DNA of 32,000 nt from Edaphobacter aggregans (GTDB taxonomy: Bacteria; Acidobacteriota; Terriglobia; Terriglobales; Acidobacteriaceae). The stretch is from contig NZ_RSDW01000001.1 in the NCBI RefSeq assembly GCF_003945235.1, positions 5,970,001-6,002,000 on the forward strand, written 5' to 3'. The translations under genes were made by a program, and so were the position numbers. This document shows positions 16,901 through 25,471 of this stretch, in pieces; position 1 is the first letter of the stretch, and the number at the start of each line of letters is the position of its first letter. Under the pieces are notes generated by a model. It was not told where the DNA came from. It saw only the letters and a program-made list of their open reading frames with translations, and made no database searches.

Positions 16901-17228
16901 CGGTGGTGGGCAGGACGACTTCTTTGGCAGCGGCGACGGAGAGGGACCCCCAGCCTCCGGTGGGGAGGTTCACGGGGAGTGGGGAGCTGTTGCCGTGGAG
17001 GGCTCCGTCGGCGTCGCGGGTGATCTCGTCGGGGAGGAAGATGGTGTCGTTCTTCCACTCGGCGTGTTCGTCGACCCAGAGGTACCAGCCTTCGTCGGGG
17101 ATCAAGGTTCCGTTTTCCGGGAAGACCGACTCAGTGGCCTGGGCCCGGGATGGCTTGATCTGGGTGGCTAGCGTGGCGGCGGCGGTAGCCTTGAGGAAGG
17201 TGCGGCGGCTAAGTTTTTGCTTGCGCAT
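13905..17228 (-). CDS. Tat-exported glycoside hydrolase, GH2-like (clan GH-A TIM barrel with N-terminal sugar-binding and Ig-like domains)
   Basis: Twin-arginine signal MRKQKLSRRTFLKATAAATLATQ. GH2-like sugar-binding segment (IFLHIRGARLRAEVFVNHKLVGY). TIM-barrel motifs LNCLNFHRN and YTLQNE. The ORF extends to a GTG at 17297, but the ATG at 17228 gives a canonical Tat signal. Confidence 0.65.
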   Translation of the reverse strand: MRKQKLSRRTFLKATAAATLATQIKPSRAQATESVFPENGTLIPDEGWYLWVDEHAEWKNDTIFLPDEITRDADGALHGNSSPLPVNLPTGGWGSLSVAAAKEVVLPTTVEQHFWGKFGQRPYTPEEYRYGADDPIPQNGAYLGVSWWHRQIEIPEDWKGKRIFLHIRGARLRAEVFVNHKLVGYSIMEELPFECDLTHAADPGGFNLIAIRITNPFGRYDWVDGLNAQWGAVRLYRSHGFGGLDRGMTISAHGNVRIKDAWVLNTPSPKTIKATAVIETIGPSTSQLVNWELIDLQTGKQFNKGTTPFHGEVVINLTNSEDPIRGTGGISSETIMSPIEPLRKSEKEITFPEGELWDINSPRMYHLRITSQTSTGTDTRTIPFGFRTFAPDGLGSNAIFRLNGRRIKLYTAISWGYWGLNGLFPTPELAEKEVTQAKKLNLNCLNFHRNVGKEEVFRAHDRLGLLRYMEPGGGKLAIGAPAPTPSGEGAIANPGVKLAKPQTEADRFAQRFTKAKCVAMVRAFRSHPSLIQYTLQNEIGADLHNPDTIAILSAMRAEDPSRIIALNDGFSPPPRSAAQAWYEPWNDKLHRSDQEEWGGWWNNHQGAGDQWYDEFYTDPRTFTYKAPYTKVLTEYGEMEGCATPDNHSLMIHQITDTFARYGGTSFDLTDHKEILEATDKFLDRWNFRGAFPTTESLWLALGRKCYVSWQNYLENARISDPLDFAAISGWETTAIENHSGIVDNLRNFKSDPSPISGTLLPVRPVAKQRSACTPLGQSATFDLFLLNDTKVPATGTLDFVGISPSGKRFRVEQLPAPAHVPEQFSYLVKEALKTPPLTEEGLYTFKFALSSAPLATQTKEIWVANPKTPQRRPLTVGVSGITPALRKQLSDLLDVTVQDFVPGQKYDVIVSSGLTAKSSAVQNAGDTTGLEAQPAKPSTAPGVGKPEPGEGTLTTQPGTLASGILEAVQGGTPLFALPQTDVLSEGVAKQLAGAGAFSYNGTVGDFRAPWMGNWYFVRRHSVYEGMPVDQAMGFHYQAKGRQSNGLLVDGANVEIVAAYSRDHDRNIGAGTFTTKLGSTKVLYQRVPELHPVLQQRFLANALRWLTS

Positions 17229-17591
17229 GGTTGCGAGTGATTTTAGAGGATTGGTGAGACCACTAGCGACAGGTATCTGAATTTGCAGGTACCCCACCTC
17301 CCCCGTACTCTAGTACGCAAAGTCTTCGATCTAAATGGGATAGGTCTGGACTTGGGTCTGGAGAAGGTATACCCCAGGGGTGCCGGATTTTTGATTGTTA
17401 AAGAACGAAAGCCCCGAGCTGAGTCGGAGCTTCTATATAAGTCTACTTTAGCAGAGTGCTGTGAATAGATTGCCACCGGCAAGTCATTGAATATAAGAGC
17501 TTTGATGATGATGGGGGCTTGACAGACTTTGGACGGCTTACGCTTTAAGCTGCAGTTTGTCGGTCGCAGAGCAATGAGGTAGAAAGTCTAT

Positions 17592-18116
17592 ATGGTGCTA
17601 CAAGTTGCTGCTGAGGTAGATTTTGCCGAGATCGTCGATCTGACGAATCGGGCGTATCGGGGAACGGATGGGTCCGCGGGGTGGACCGTCGAGACGGACT
17701 TTATTGAAGGGGAGAGAACGAGTGTGCATCTGCTTCGTGAGGAGCTGGCGGCGCATCCCGACGCTTTGATACTGACGTGGAGGGATCAGAGCGATGGGTC
17801 GTTGCTTGGGTCGGTATGGCTGGAACCGCTCGATGATGCAGTTTGGTATTTGGGATTGTTCAGTGTTCGACCTGATCTTCAGGGCAAGCAATTAGGTCGC
17901 AAGCTATTGGCGGCGGCTGAGGCGGCTGCGAAGAAGAGAGGTGCGCACCGGATACGCATCTTCGTGGTCAATGTGCGGGACACGCTGATTGCCTGGTATG
18001 AACGCCGTGGCTATTCCCTTACCGGGGAGACGAAGCCGTTCCCTTATGGCAATGAGCGGGTTGGGAGGCCGCTGCGGGACGACCTCGGTTTGGTGATGTT
18101 GGAGAAGGCGGTCTGA
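17592..18116 (+). CDS. GNAT-family N-acetyltransferase
   Basis: Acetyl-CoA binding motif region VRPDLQGKQLGRKLLAAAEAAAKKRG. Length is 174 aa. Confidence 0.8.
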   Translation: MVLQVAAEVDFAEIVDLTNRAYRGTDGSAGWTVETDFIEGERTSVHLLREELAAHPDALILTWRDQSDGSLLGSVWLEPLDDAVWYLGLFSVRPDLQGKQLGRKLLAAAEAAAKKRGAHRIRIFVVNVRDTLIAWYERRGYSLTGETKPFPYGNERVGRPLRDDLGLVMLEKAV

Positions 18117-18122
18117 CCGTGT

Positions 18123-18929
18123 CTATTCGCCGAGCATGATGCGCTGGATGCGGTGGGCGCGGCCGGTGGCTCCGTCGCAGGAGATGAGGGCGGCGCACAT
18201 TTTTGGGTTGCCCTTGGCGGGCTCGAACTTGCCGGGCATTCCGGTGAGGAAGCGGTTGAGGACGAGCTCGGTTTCGACGCCGATGACGGAGTCATAGGGG
18301 CCGGACATGCCTACGTCGGTCTGGTAGGCGGTGCCGCCGGGGAGGACGCGCTCGTCGGCGGTGGGGATGTGGGTGTGGGTGCCGAGCAGGGCGGTGAGGC
18401 GGCCGTCGAGATACCAGCCGAGGGCGACTTTCTCGCTGGTGGCTTCGCCATGGAGATCCATGAGGATGACCTTTGCGCCGGATTCGCGGGCGATCTGGCC
18501 GAGGAGCTCGTCGGCCTTGCGGAAGGGGTCGTCGCAGGAGGACATGAAGACGCGGCACTGGAGGTTGATGACGGCGTAGGGCTGGCCGGTAGGGAGTTCG
18601 CCCTGGTAGAGGCCGAATCCGGGGGTGCCGACGGCGTAGTTGGCGGGGCGGAGGATGCGGCGGCCGCGCTCGTGGGAGTCGGCGGGGACGGTCATGTATT
18701 CGAAGATTTCGCGCTTGTCCCAGATGTGGTTGCCGGTGGTGATGACGTGGGCTCCGAGGTCGAAGAGCTCTTCGGCGATGGAGGGGGTGATGCCGAAACC
18801 GCCGGCGGCGTTCTCGCCGTTGATGACGAGGAGATCGACGGCGTTGGTTTCCATGACATGGGGGAGGTGTTCGCGGACGATGTGGCGGCCGGCGGAGCCA
18901 AAGACATCGCCGACGAAAAGGATATTCAC
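18123..18929 (-). CDS. ymdB: YmdB-like metallophosphoesterase (TIGR00282-type 2',3'-cyclic-nucleotide phosphodiesterase family)
   Basis: NILFVGDVFGSAGR..., INGENAAGGFGITP, GNHIWDK, DLHGEATSEKVALGWYLDGR and GTHTHIPTAD are colinear with my recollection of B. subtilis YmdB. GTG start. Confidence 0.85.
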   Translation of the reverse strand: MNILFVGDVFGSAGRHIVREHLPHVMETNAVDLLVINGENAAGGFGITPSIAEELFDLGAHVITTGNHIWDKREIFEYMTVPADSHERGRRILRPANYAVGTPGFGLYQGELPTGQPYAVINLQCRVFMSSCDDPFRKADELLGQIARESGAKVILMDLHGEATSEKVALGWYLDGRLTALLGTHTHIPTADERVLPGGTAYQTDVGMSGPYDSVIGVETELVLNRFLTGMPGKFEPAKGNPKMCAALISCDGATGRAHRIQRIMLGE

Positions 18930-19010
18930 TGGGTGATTTTACATCGGCGCGGCGTGATGGTGAGGATTCAGCTGGGTGCTGGTTGGGGTTTGTGTGGTAG
19001 CTTTTTGTGC

Positions 19011-19388
19011 ATGGCACAGAGCGAGCGGTTTCAGTTGAGTGTGCGGGTGCTGGCTGTTCTGGCGAGTGAGCCGGATACGATGCACACGTCGGCGGCGATT
19101 GCGGAGACGCTGGGTGAGAGCGCGGTGATGGTGCGGCGGATGTTTTTACTGCTGCATAAGGCCGGGTTGATTGTGCAGCGGAAAGGGCCGCATGGCGGGG
19201 CGAAGCTGAAGATTCCAGCGAAGCAGATTGGGCTGGGGGATCTGTTTGAGGCTACGGCTGGGGATTGGTTTTCGATTGAGGATAAGGCTGTGGCGGGGTG
19301 GATCAAGAAGGTGAAGGGGGATGCGGTGGCGGCTATGAATGAGCACTCGCTAGCCGGGGTGGTGAAGCGGATGAAGAAGGGGAAGTAG
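19011..19388 (+). CDS. Rrf2-family transcriptional regulator
   Basis: Winged-helix segment FQLSVRVLAVLA...SAAIAETLGESAVMVRRMFLLLHKAGLIVQRKGPHGGAKL. The real gene is the 3' third of the long 18153-19388 ORF; the ATG at 19011 is the first plausible start. Confidence 0.7.
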   Translation: MAQSERFQLSVRVLAVLASEPDTMHTSAAIAETLGESAVMVRRMFLLLHKAGLIVQRKGPHGGAKLKIPAKQIGLGDLFEATAGDWFSIEDKAVAGWIKKVKGDAVAAMNEHSLAGVVKRMKKGK

Positions 19389-19535
19389 CGAATTTTTGTG
19401 CGGATTTTTTTGCCCCGGAGATTGCTCCGGGATTTGCTGTTTTTTTGGCGTGTTGGCGTGGTGTTTTGGTGGTTAGCTGGTGGAAAAAAGTGTGGGAAGT
19501 GTGGTTTGTTGACGCTACATTTGGGGTGGTGGAGG
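19389..19535 (+). repeat. GCGGAT / G+T-rich repeat (family G) starting just after the Rrf2 stop codon, with an embedded hairpin
   Basis: TAG-CGAATTTTTGTGCGGATTTTTTTG...TTTTTTTGGCGTGTTGGCGTGGTGTTTTGGTGGTTAGCTGGTGGAAAAAAGTGTGGGAAGTGTGGTTTGTT. The first ~21 nt match the minus-strand copy at 13885-13904 apart from one extra base in the GTGCGGA segment and one fewer T in the T-run. Confidence 0.65.
19414..19446 (+). terminator. Candidate intrinsic terminator after the Rrf2 gene
   Basis: CCCGGAG-ATTG-CTCCGGG is a 7-bp stem followed by ATTTGCTGTTTTTTT. The main T-run starts 9 nt after the stem. Confidence 0.4.
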
Positions 19536-19646
19536 ACAGGCGGATCGCTTTCGTGCGATTGCCTACCTTAGGCGCGATGAAGCTGCGCCGAAGATTGGGC
19601 ACCCGGTCCTTGAGTGCTAGAATTCGCGCAGAAAAGAGGCCATTGA

Positions 19647-20558
19647 ATGCTCCACATGAATCCTAGGACTTGCTGGGCAACCGGGTTCTTACTTCTTTGT
19701 GTGATCTTGAATGTGGGACGGGCGGCGCAGGCGCAGAGCGGTTCTCCGCAGACCAAGTTGTCGGTTCATTGGGAAGAACTGACGGCTGGGGACTTCCAAC
19801 AGGCCATCCAGCGGGCACAGGGCACATGCCTTTTGCCGTTCGGCATTCTGGAGAAACATGGACCGCATATGCCGATTGGTACCGATCTGATCAATGTACG
19901 TTACGCAGCGCTGCATGCGGCGGAGCAGCAGTATGCCGTGGTTTTTCCGGAGTATTATTTTGGGCAAATCTCGGAGGCGCGTCATGAGCCGGGAACGATC
20001 GCCTACAGTCGCGATCTGCAGTTGGCACTGCTTCAGGCGACTACGGACGAGATGGCTCGCAATGGCTGTAAGAAGATCCTGATCGTCAACGGCCACGGTG
20101 GGAATGATAGCTTGCTGCCTTACTTTGCCCAGTCGCAGTTGGATAAGCCGCACGATTACGTGGTCTATCTTGTTGGCGAGCGTACGCCGAGGTCCGGCGG
20201 TCCCCAGAAGAAAACAACCGTTGATGCGCATGCGGGCGAAAGTGAGACATCCAAAATGATGGTTGTTCGTCCCGATCTTCTGCATCAGGATCGTGCCACA
20301 AGCGAATCAGGTGGCGATCAGCATCGCGCGAACCTGCCGGAGGGTGTTTACACGGGCATCTGGTGGTATGCGCGTTTTCCCGATCATTATGCCGGTGATG
20401 GCTCCGCCGCGAGCCGTGAGTTGGGTGAATATCAGATGAATTGGTGGATTGATTCGGTTAGTAAGGCCATCGTCGCTATCAAAGCCGACGATGTGAGCCT
20501 CAAGCTTCAAAACGAATTTTATGAGAAGAGTGCACACCCTCTGGATACGCGCCAGTAA
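19647..20558 (+). CDS. Creatininase-family amidohydrolase with an N-terminal signal peptide
   Basis: LLPFGILEKHGPHMPIGTDL, NGHGGN and HAGESETS match the creatininase-fold metal-binding motifs. N-terminus WATGFLLLCVILNVGRAAQAQS. AAGAGG lies 7 nt before the ATG. Confidence 0.75.
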   Translation: MLHMNPRTCWATGFLLLCVILNVGRAAQAQSGSPQTKLSVHWEELTAGDFQQAIQRAQGTCLLPFGILEKHGPHMPIGTDLINVRYAALHAAEQQYAVVFPEYYFGQISEARHEPGTIAYSRDLQLALLQATTDEMARNGCKKILIVNGHGGNDSLLPYFAQSQLDKPHDYVVYLVGERTPRSGGPQKKTTVDAHAGESETSKMMVVRPDLLHQDRATSESGGDQHRANLPEGVYTGIWWYARFPDHYAGDGSAASRELGEYQMNWWIDSVSKAIVAIKADDVSLKLQNEFYEKSAHPLDTRQ

Positions 20559-20610
20559 GGGGCGTTTGCAGTATGTCGGATGCTCACAGCACGCATGTAG
20601 TGGTGGATTC

Positions 20611-21354
20611 TTACGAGCCTTCCGCTAATGTGTTTCGAGTCGTCCGCCCGTGCATGCGGGAGTATACCGTCGTTGTATTCCAAACAACTGCGAGCAGTAA
20701 ACAGATGTGCCCCCAAACGATCGAAGGATGGGCGGCCAATTCTTTGGGTCCCAAGGGTCCTGGATTAACAAAGTTTTGGTAATGGCCACCGACATAGGCC
20801 GCGACAAATCCGCTGACTACGCCTGCCGCTGTGGTCGTCGTCAGCACCAGCATCGCTCTACGATTTTCAAGATTTGACATCGAGCTCCAGGCGAGAATCA
20901 GCGCCAATGCAAGGCATGCGGCGAGGACGGTCGGCTTCAACCAGAAGAAGATGATGGATGTCATGAGCACCGCCCACAGCAAGGTCATTTGCGTCGCTCG
21001 ATCGCGTATTCCATAGCTGATTGCTCCGTAGACGAGCATTATCCACAAAAGGATCCCGACGAATGCAAGCATGAGCAATGCTTCCACCCATACTTCCATT
21101 GGGTGGTGCCGTGAGTGGATCCCGAAGAGCATCATTTGAAAGTGCGCATAGGTCCATCCGCTCATGTAGAGCACTACGGCTAAGGCGAGAACTCTTCGCC
21201 AGCAAAGGGATAGCAGAACTCCGGCGATCGAAAGCCAGAACCACATCGCTCCCTTCTGCGATTCGAGTTCGACAAAGTCGCCGACGATGGAGGTTGCCCT
21301 CTCTTTGGAGGTGAATCGGCTCACTATCCATTCCGCAACAGAAGCGTTACGCAT
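20611..21354 (-). CDS. PadR-associated integral membrane protein (short cytoplasmic N-terminal segment plus about 6 TM helices)
   Basis: The ORF runs to a TTG at 21366, but the ATG at 21354 has GGAGGTG 4 nt upstream and overlaps the padR stop (ATGCGTAA). The N-terminus MRNASVAEWIVSRFTSKERATSIVGDFVE is followed by hydrophobic helices. Confidence 0.6.
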   Translation of the reverse strand: MRNASVAEWIVSRFTSKERATSIVGDFVELESQKGAMWFWLSIAGVLLSLCWRRVLALAVVLYMSGWTYAHFQMMLFGIHSRHHPMEVWVEALLMLAFVGILLWIMLVYGAISYGIRDRATQMTLLWAVLMTSIIFFWLKPTVLAACLALALILAWSSMSNLENRRAMLVLTTTTAAGVVSGFVAAYVGGHYQNFVNPGPLGPKELAAHPSIVWGHICLLLAVVWNTTTVYSRMHGRTTRNTLAEGS

Positions 21355-21682
21355 TTTCACCTCCAAGCAGGTTTAGCCCGTCTAGCAGGCTTTGGTACGC
21401 TTTCTGTGCGCTTATCAAGGCCGCGCGGCCAGCCTTAGTGACGACAAAATAACGTTTTGCGCGGCCTCCTCGTTGAGGCGTCGCGTCTCCGAGGCGCGAA
21501 CGCACCATCCCCTTATCTTCCATACGATCGAGCGTCGTGTAGAGGGCTCCGGGAGCGGGTTCCCGTCCGGTGCATGCTGCTATCTCCGAACGAATGGTGA
21601 CGCCGTAGGCGTTGTCCTCCAGGCGTAGGACGGCGAGTAGGACGACTTGCTCGAACTCGCCGAGGGAGATGGGGGCTTTCAT
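21347..21682 (-). CDS. PadR-family transcriptional regulator
   Basis: FEQVVLLAVLRL...YGVTIRSEI...GALYTTLDRMEDKGMV is the typical PadR winged helix. Length is 111 aa. Confidence 0.85.
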   Translation of the reverse strand: MKAPISLGEFEQVVLLAVLRLEDNAYGVTIRSEIAACTGREPAPGALYTTLDRMEDKGMVRSRLGDATPQRGGRAKRYFVVTKAGRAALISAQKAYQSLLDGLNLLGGENA

Positions 21683-21691
21683 TAAGACTGC

Positions 21692-21720
21692 AATGTAGTT
21701 TATTTAGGTTTTGAAGTCAA
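21692..21720 (-). promoter_or_regulatory. Candidate promoter for padR giving a near-leaderless mRNA
   Basis: The minus strand reads TTGACT, a 17-nt spacer, then TACATT. Only 9 nt separate the -10 element from the ATG and no Shine-Dalgarno sequence is present. Confidence 0.45.
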
Positions 21721-21785
21721 TGTGCAAGTTGGGTGACAGATTCGTGGTGGGGTGGGGGAGTGCGTATCGCGTTTCCGCGCGATTG

Positions 21786-21816
21786 CCCAATCATGCGATG
21801 AGACCGCATGATTGGG
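21786..21816. promoter_or_regulatory. 12-bp perfect inverted repeat CCCAATCATGCG-N7-CGCATGATTGGG upstream of padR
   Basis: The arms 21786-21797 and 21805-21816 are exact reverse complements. It lies about 105 nt upstream of the padR start, and no U-tract follows on either strand. Confidence 0.5.
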
Positions 21817-21912
21817 GCACCCAGATTCGTGGGAGCTACCCCAACCTTCGCGCGATCAGGCGCGCTCAGGATGGGCCACCCGCGGTATGGGTAGAGAAGC
21901 GGGTTCAAAGAA

Positions 21913-21965
21913 CAAACAGCAGGTCCCCTTCGGGGATGACAAGCAAGAAAGGCAAAAGCAACGGC
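21913..21965 (-). repeat. Family H hairpin repeat copy downstream of lysS
   Basis: The minus strand reads GCCGTTGCTTTTGCCTTTCTTGCTTGTCATCCCCGAAGGGGACCTGCTGTTTG. The stem is TCCCC/GGGGA with loop GAA. Confidence 0.65.
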
Positions 21966-21988
21966 TTGTGGCTGGGATGCGGTATGGG

Positions 21989-23788
<1,800 letters not shown>

Positions 23789-23855
23789 GGGTTTTCCTTT
23801 TTGGGGCTGATGTCGTTGAGGTTAAGTATAGCGAGAGGGACGGCTCGCTGCGGGC

Positions 23856-23975
23856 GACCGCGGATCTTCGCGATTGGCGCGGATGGAACTGCTTAACACC
23901 GATTTACACAGATTTCATCGATGGATTTTTAGTTATTGGGTGGGATGGGAGTTTGAGGAGTTTTGGTTTTATCCG
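23856..23975 (+). repeat. CGCGGAT triple array plus GATTT/G+T-rich tail (family G) upstream of the F0 gene cluster
   Basis: CGCGGATCTT-CGCGATTGG-CGCGGATGGA at 23859-23887, then GATTTACACAGATTTCATCGATGGATTTTTAGTTATTGGGTGGGATGGGAGTTTGAGGAGTTTTGGTTTT. Confidence 0.65.
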
Positions 23976-24026
23976 TCTCGATCGGTGTGAGCCGTGGTCG
24001 GGTCGTCATGATGTAATGGATTGGTT

Positions 24027-24284
24027 ATGGCGGATGATGGAGCGGCGAACGGGAAGGGGTCTGGCGGGAAGGGTGCGCTGGGCGAGCTGGTGAAGGCGGA
24101 GTCGATGATTCAGCTGGCGATTGCGCTGCCGGCGGGGTGCGTGATCGGGTGGCTGATTGGGGCGTGGTTGGATCGGCACTTCCATCAGAACTGGATGGGG
24201 ATTGTGGGGATTTTGCTGGGGGCTGTGGCGGGTTTTTTGCAGATCTTTGTGACGGCTTCGCGGTATTTGAAGAGGGGTCGTTGA
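24027..24284 (+). CDS. AtpZ/AtpI-like small membrane protein (putative F0F1 ATPase accessory subunit)
   Basis: Two TM helices with the LAIALPAGCVIGWLIGAWLD...GIVGILLGAVAGFLQIF pattern typical of ATPase_gene1-type proteins. The stop overlaps the next start (TGATG). The ORF also allows a TTG at 24021. Confidence 0.6.
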   Translation: MADDGAANGKGSGGKGALGELVKAESMIQLAIALPAGCVIGWLIGAWLDRHFHQNWMGIVGILLGAVAGFLQIFVTASRYLKRGR

Positions 24285-24694
24285 TGCGGGAGATGGCGAG
24301 CTTTAACGACGAGGATTTCAGGCGGACGATTCTGCGGGCGCTGCGGCTGCTGGCGGTGGTGACGGTGGTGGTGGCTCCGATTTTGTGGTGGAAGCTGGGG
24401 TGGCAGAGCGCGGTTCTACTGCTAGTGGGAGCGGCTATTTCGGGCTCAGGGCTGTTTGAATGGCTGCGGCTGATGACCGCTGTGATGGCCCGGATGGACG
24501 GCGGGGCGAAGGCAAAGCCGATGGGGATGGTTTTGGTGGGGTTCTTCCTGCGGCTGGGGCTGACCGTGGTGCTGCTTTATGTTAGCCTTAAGGTACTGAA
24601 TGGTTCGGTCTATGCGCTGGCTGGAGGCCTTGCGCTGGGAGTGTTTGCACTCTCGGTGGAGGGGTTGAGGCTGATGAAGGCGTGGACGGTTTAG
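24284..24694 (+). CDS. atpI: ATP synthase protein I-like membrane protein
   Basis: The ATG at 24284 is coupled to the upstream stop. The 136-aa protein has 4 predicted TM helices and sits directly before atpB, the canonical atpI position. Confidence 0.55.
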   Translation: MREMASFNDEDFRRTILRALRLLAVVTVVVAPILWWKLGWQSAVLLLVGAAISGSGLFEWLRLMTAVMARMDGGAKAKPMGMVLVGFFLRLGLTVVLLYVSLKVLNGSVYALAGGLALGVFALSVEGLRLMKAWTV

Positions 24695-24726
24695 ACCGGC
24701 GTTTCGGGCCAGATTGATTTTTCTAT

Positions 24727-25461
24727 ATGCCTACACAGTTATTGTTTACCCAATTTTTGAATGCCCACTTTGCTGCGCCTGTGACGGCGTTGCTGCGGGC
24801 TGTGCATGTGCAGCCGAAGTTTCCTGAGGCTCCGATTTCGAATGCGTTTGCGATGGAGTTGCTGGTTTTTGGTGTGCTGGTGGCGTATTTCATCATCGTG
24901 CGTCTGACGCTGAGCGTGGAGAAGCCCGGACCGGCGCAGCATCTGGCCGAGATGACGAATGAGTTTGTTGAAGATCAGGCTGAGCAGATCATCGGGCATG
25001 GTTCTGAGCGGTTTGTCAGCTATCTGACGGCGTTGTTTCTGTTTATCCTGCTGAGCAATCTGCTGGGTCTTGCGTCGCCGTGGTTTGAGTCGCCGACCGC
25101 GAATGTTGTTGTGCCACTGGGATTTGCGCTGGTTACGTTCCTCTACTACCACTACCATGGCGTGCGGTCGAACGGGGTTGCGTATATCAAGCAGTTCCTG
25201 GGGCCGGTGTGGTGGCTTTATCCGCTGCTGCTGCCGATTGAGATCATTTCGCACTGCGCGCGTGTGCTTTCGCTGACGGTTCGGCTTTACGCGAATATGT
25301 TTGCGGGCGATCTGCTGACGCTGGCGTTCTTTTCGCTGATCCCGATCGGAATTCCGCTGGTGTTTCTGGGGCTGCACCTTGGTGTGGCTGTGATTCAGGC
25401 GTATGTGTTCTTCCTGCTGGCGTCGATCTACCTGTCGCTGGCTGTGGCGCACGACCACTAA
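24727..25461 (+). CDS. atpB: F0F1 ATP synthase subunit a
   Basis: Conserved LSLTVRLYANMFAGDLL containing the essential Arg. Multi-TM, 244 aa. Confidence 0.9.
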   Translation: MPTQLLFTQFLNAHFAAPVTALLRAVHVQPKFPEAPISNAFAMELLVFGVLVAYFIIVRLTLSVEKPGPAQHLAEMTNEFVEDQAEQIIGHGSERFVSYLTALFLFILLSNLLGLASPWFESPTANVVVPLGFALVTFLYYHYHGVRSNGVAYIKQFLGPVWWLYPLLLPIEIISHCARVLSLTVRLYANMFAGDLLTLAFFSLIPIGIPLVFLGLHLGVAVIQAYVFFLLASIYLSLAVAHDH

Positions 25462-25471
25462 AGATTTGGCC

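Noticed and set aside
17519-17550. TTGACA hexamer upstream of the GNAT gene as a promoter -35 element
   Set aside because: No acceptable -10 element sits at 16-18 nt. The candidates are at 14 or 21 nt, so the call is not supportable from sequence alone.
18153-19010. The 5' two thirds of the 411-aa ORF 18153-19388 (Gly/Ala/Glu/Val/Asp-rich)
   Set aside because: It lies antisense to the well-supported ymdB-like gene. It has the low-complexity GGxxE composition typical of shadow frames in GC-rich DNA. Only the last 125 codons (the Rrf2 regulator) look genuine.
19445-19666. 73-aa Trp/Val-rich ORF overlapping the creatininase start
   Set aside because: It is produced by translating the G+T-rich repeat. 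It has no ribosome-binding site and overlaps a better-supported gene start.
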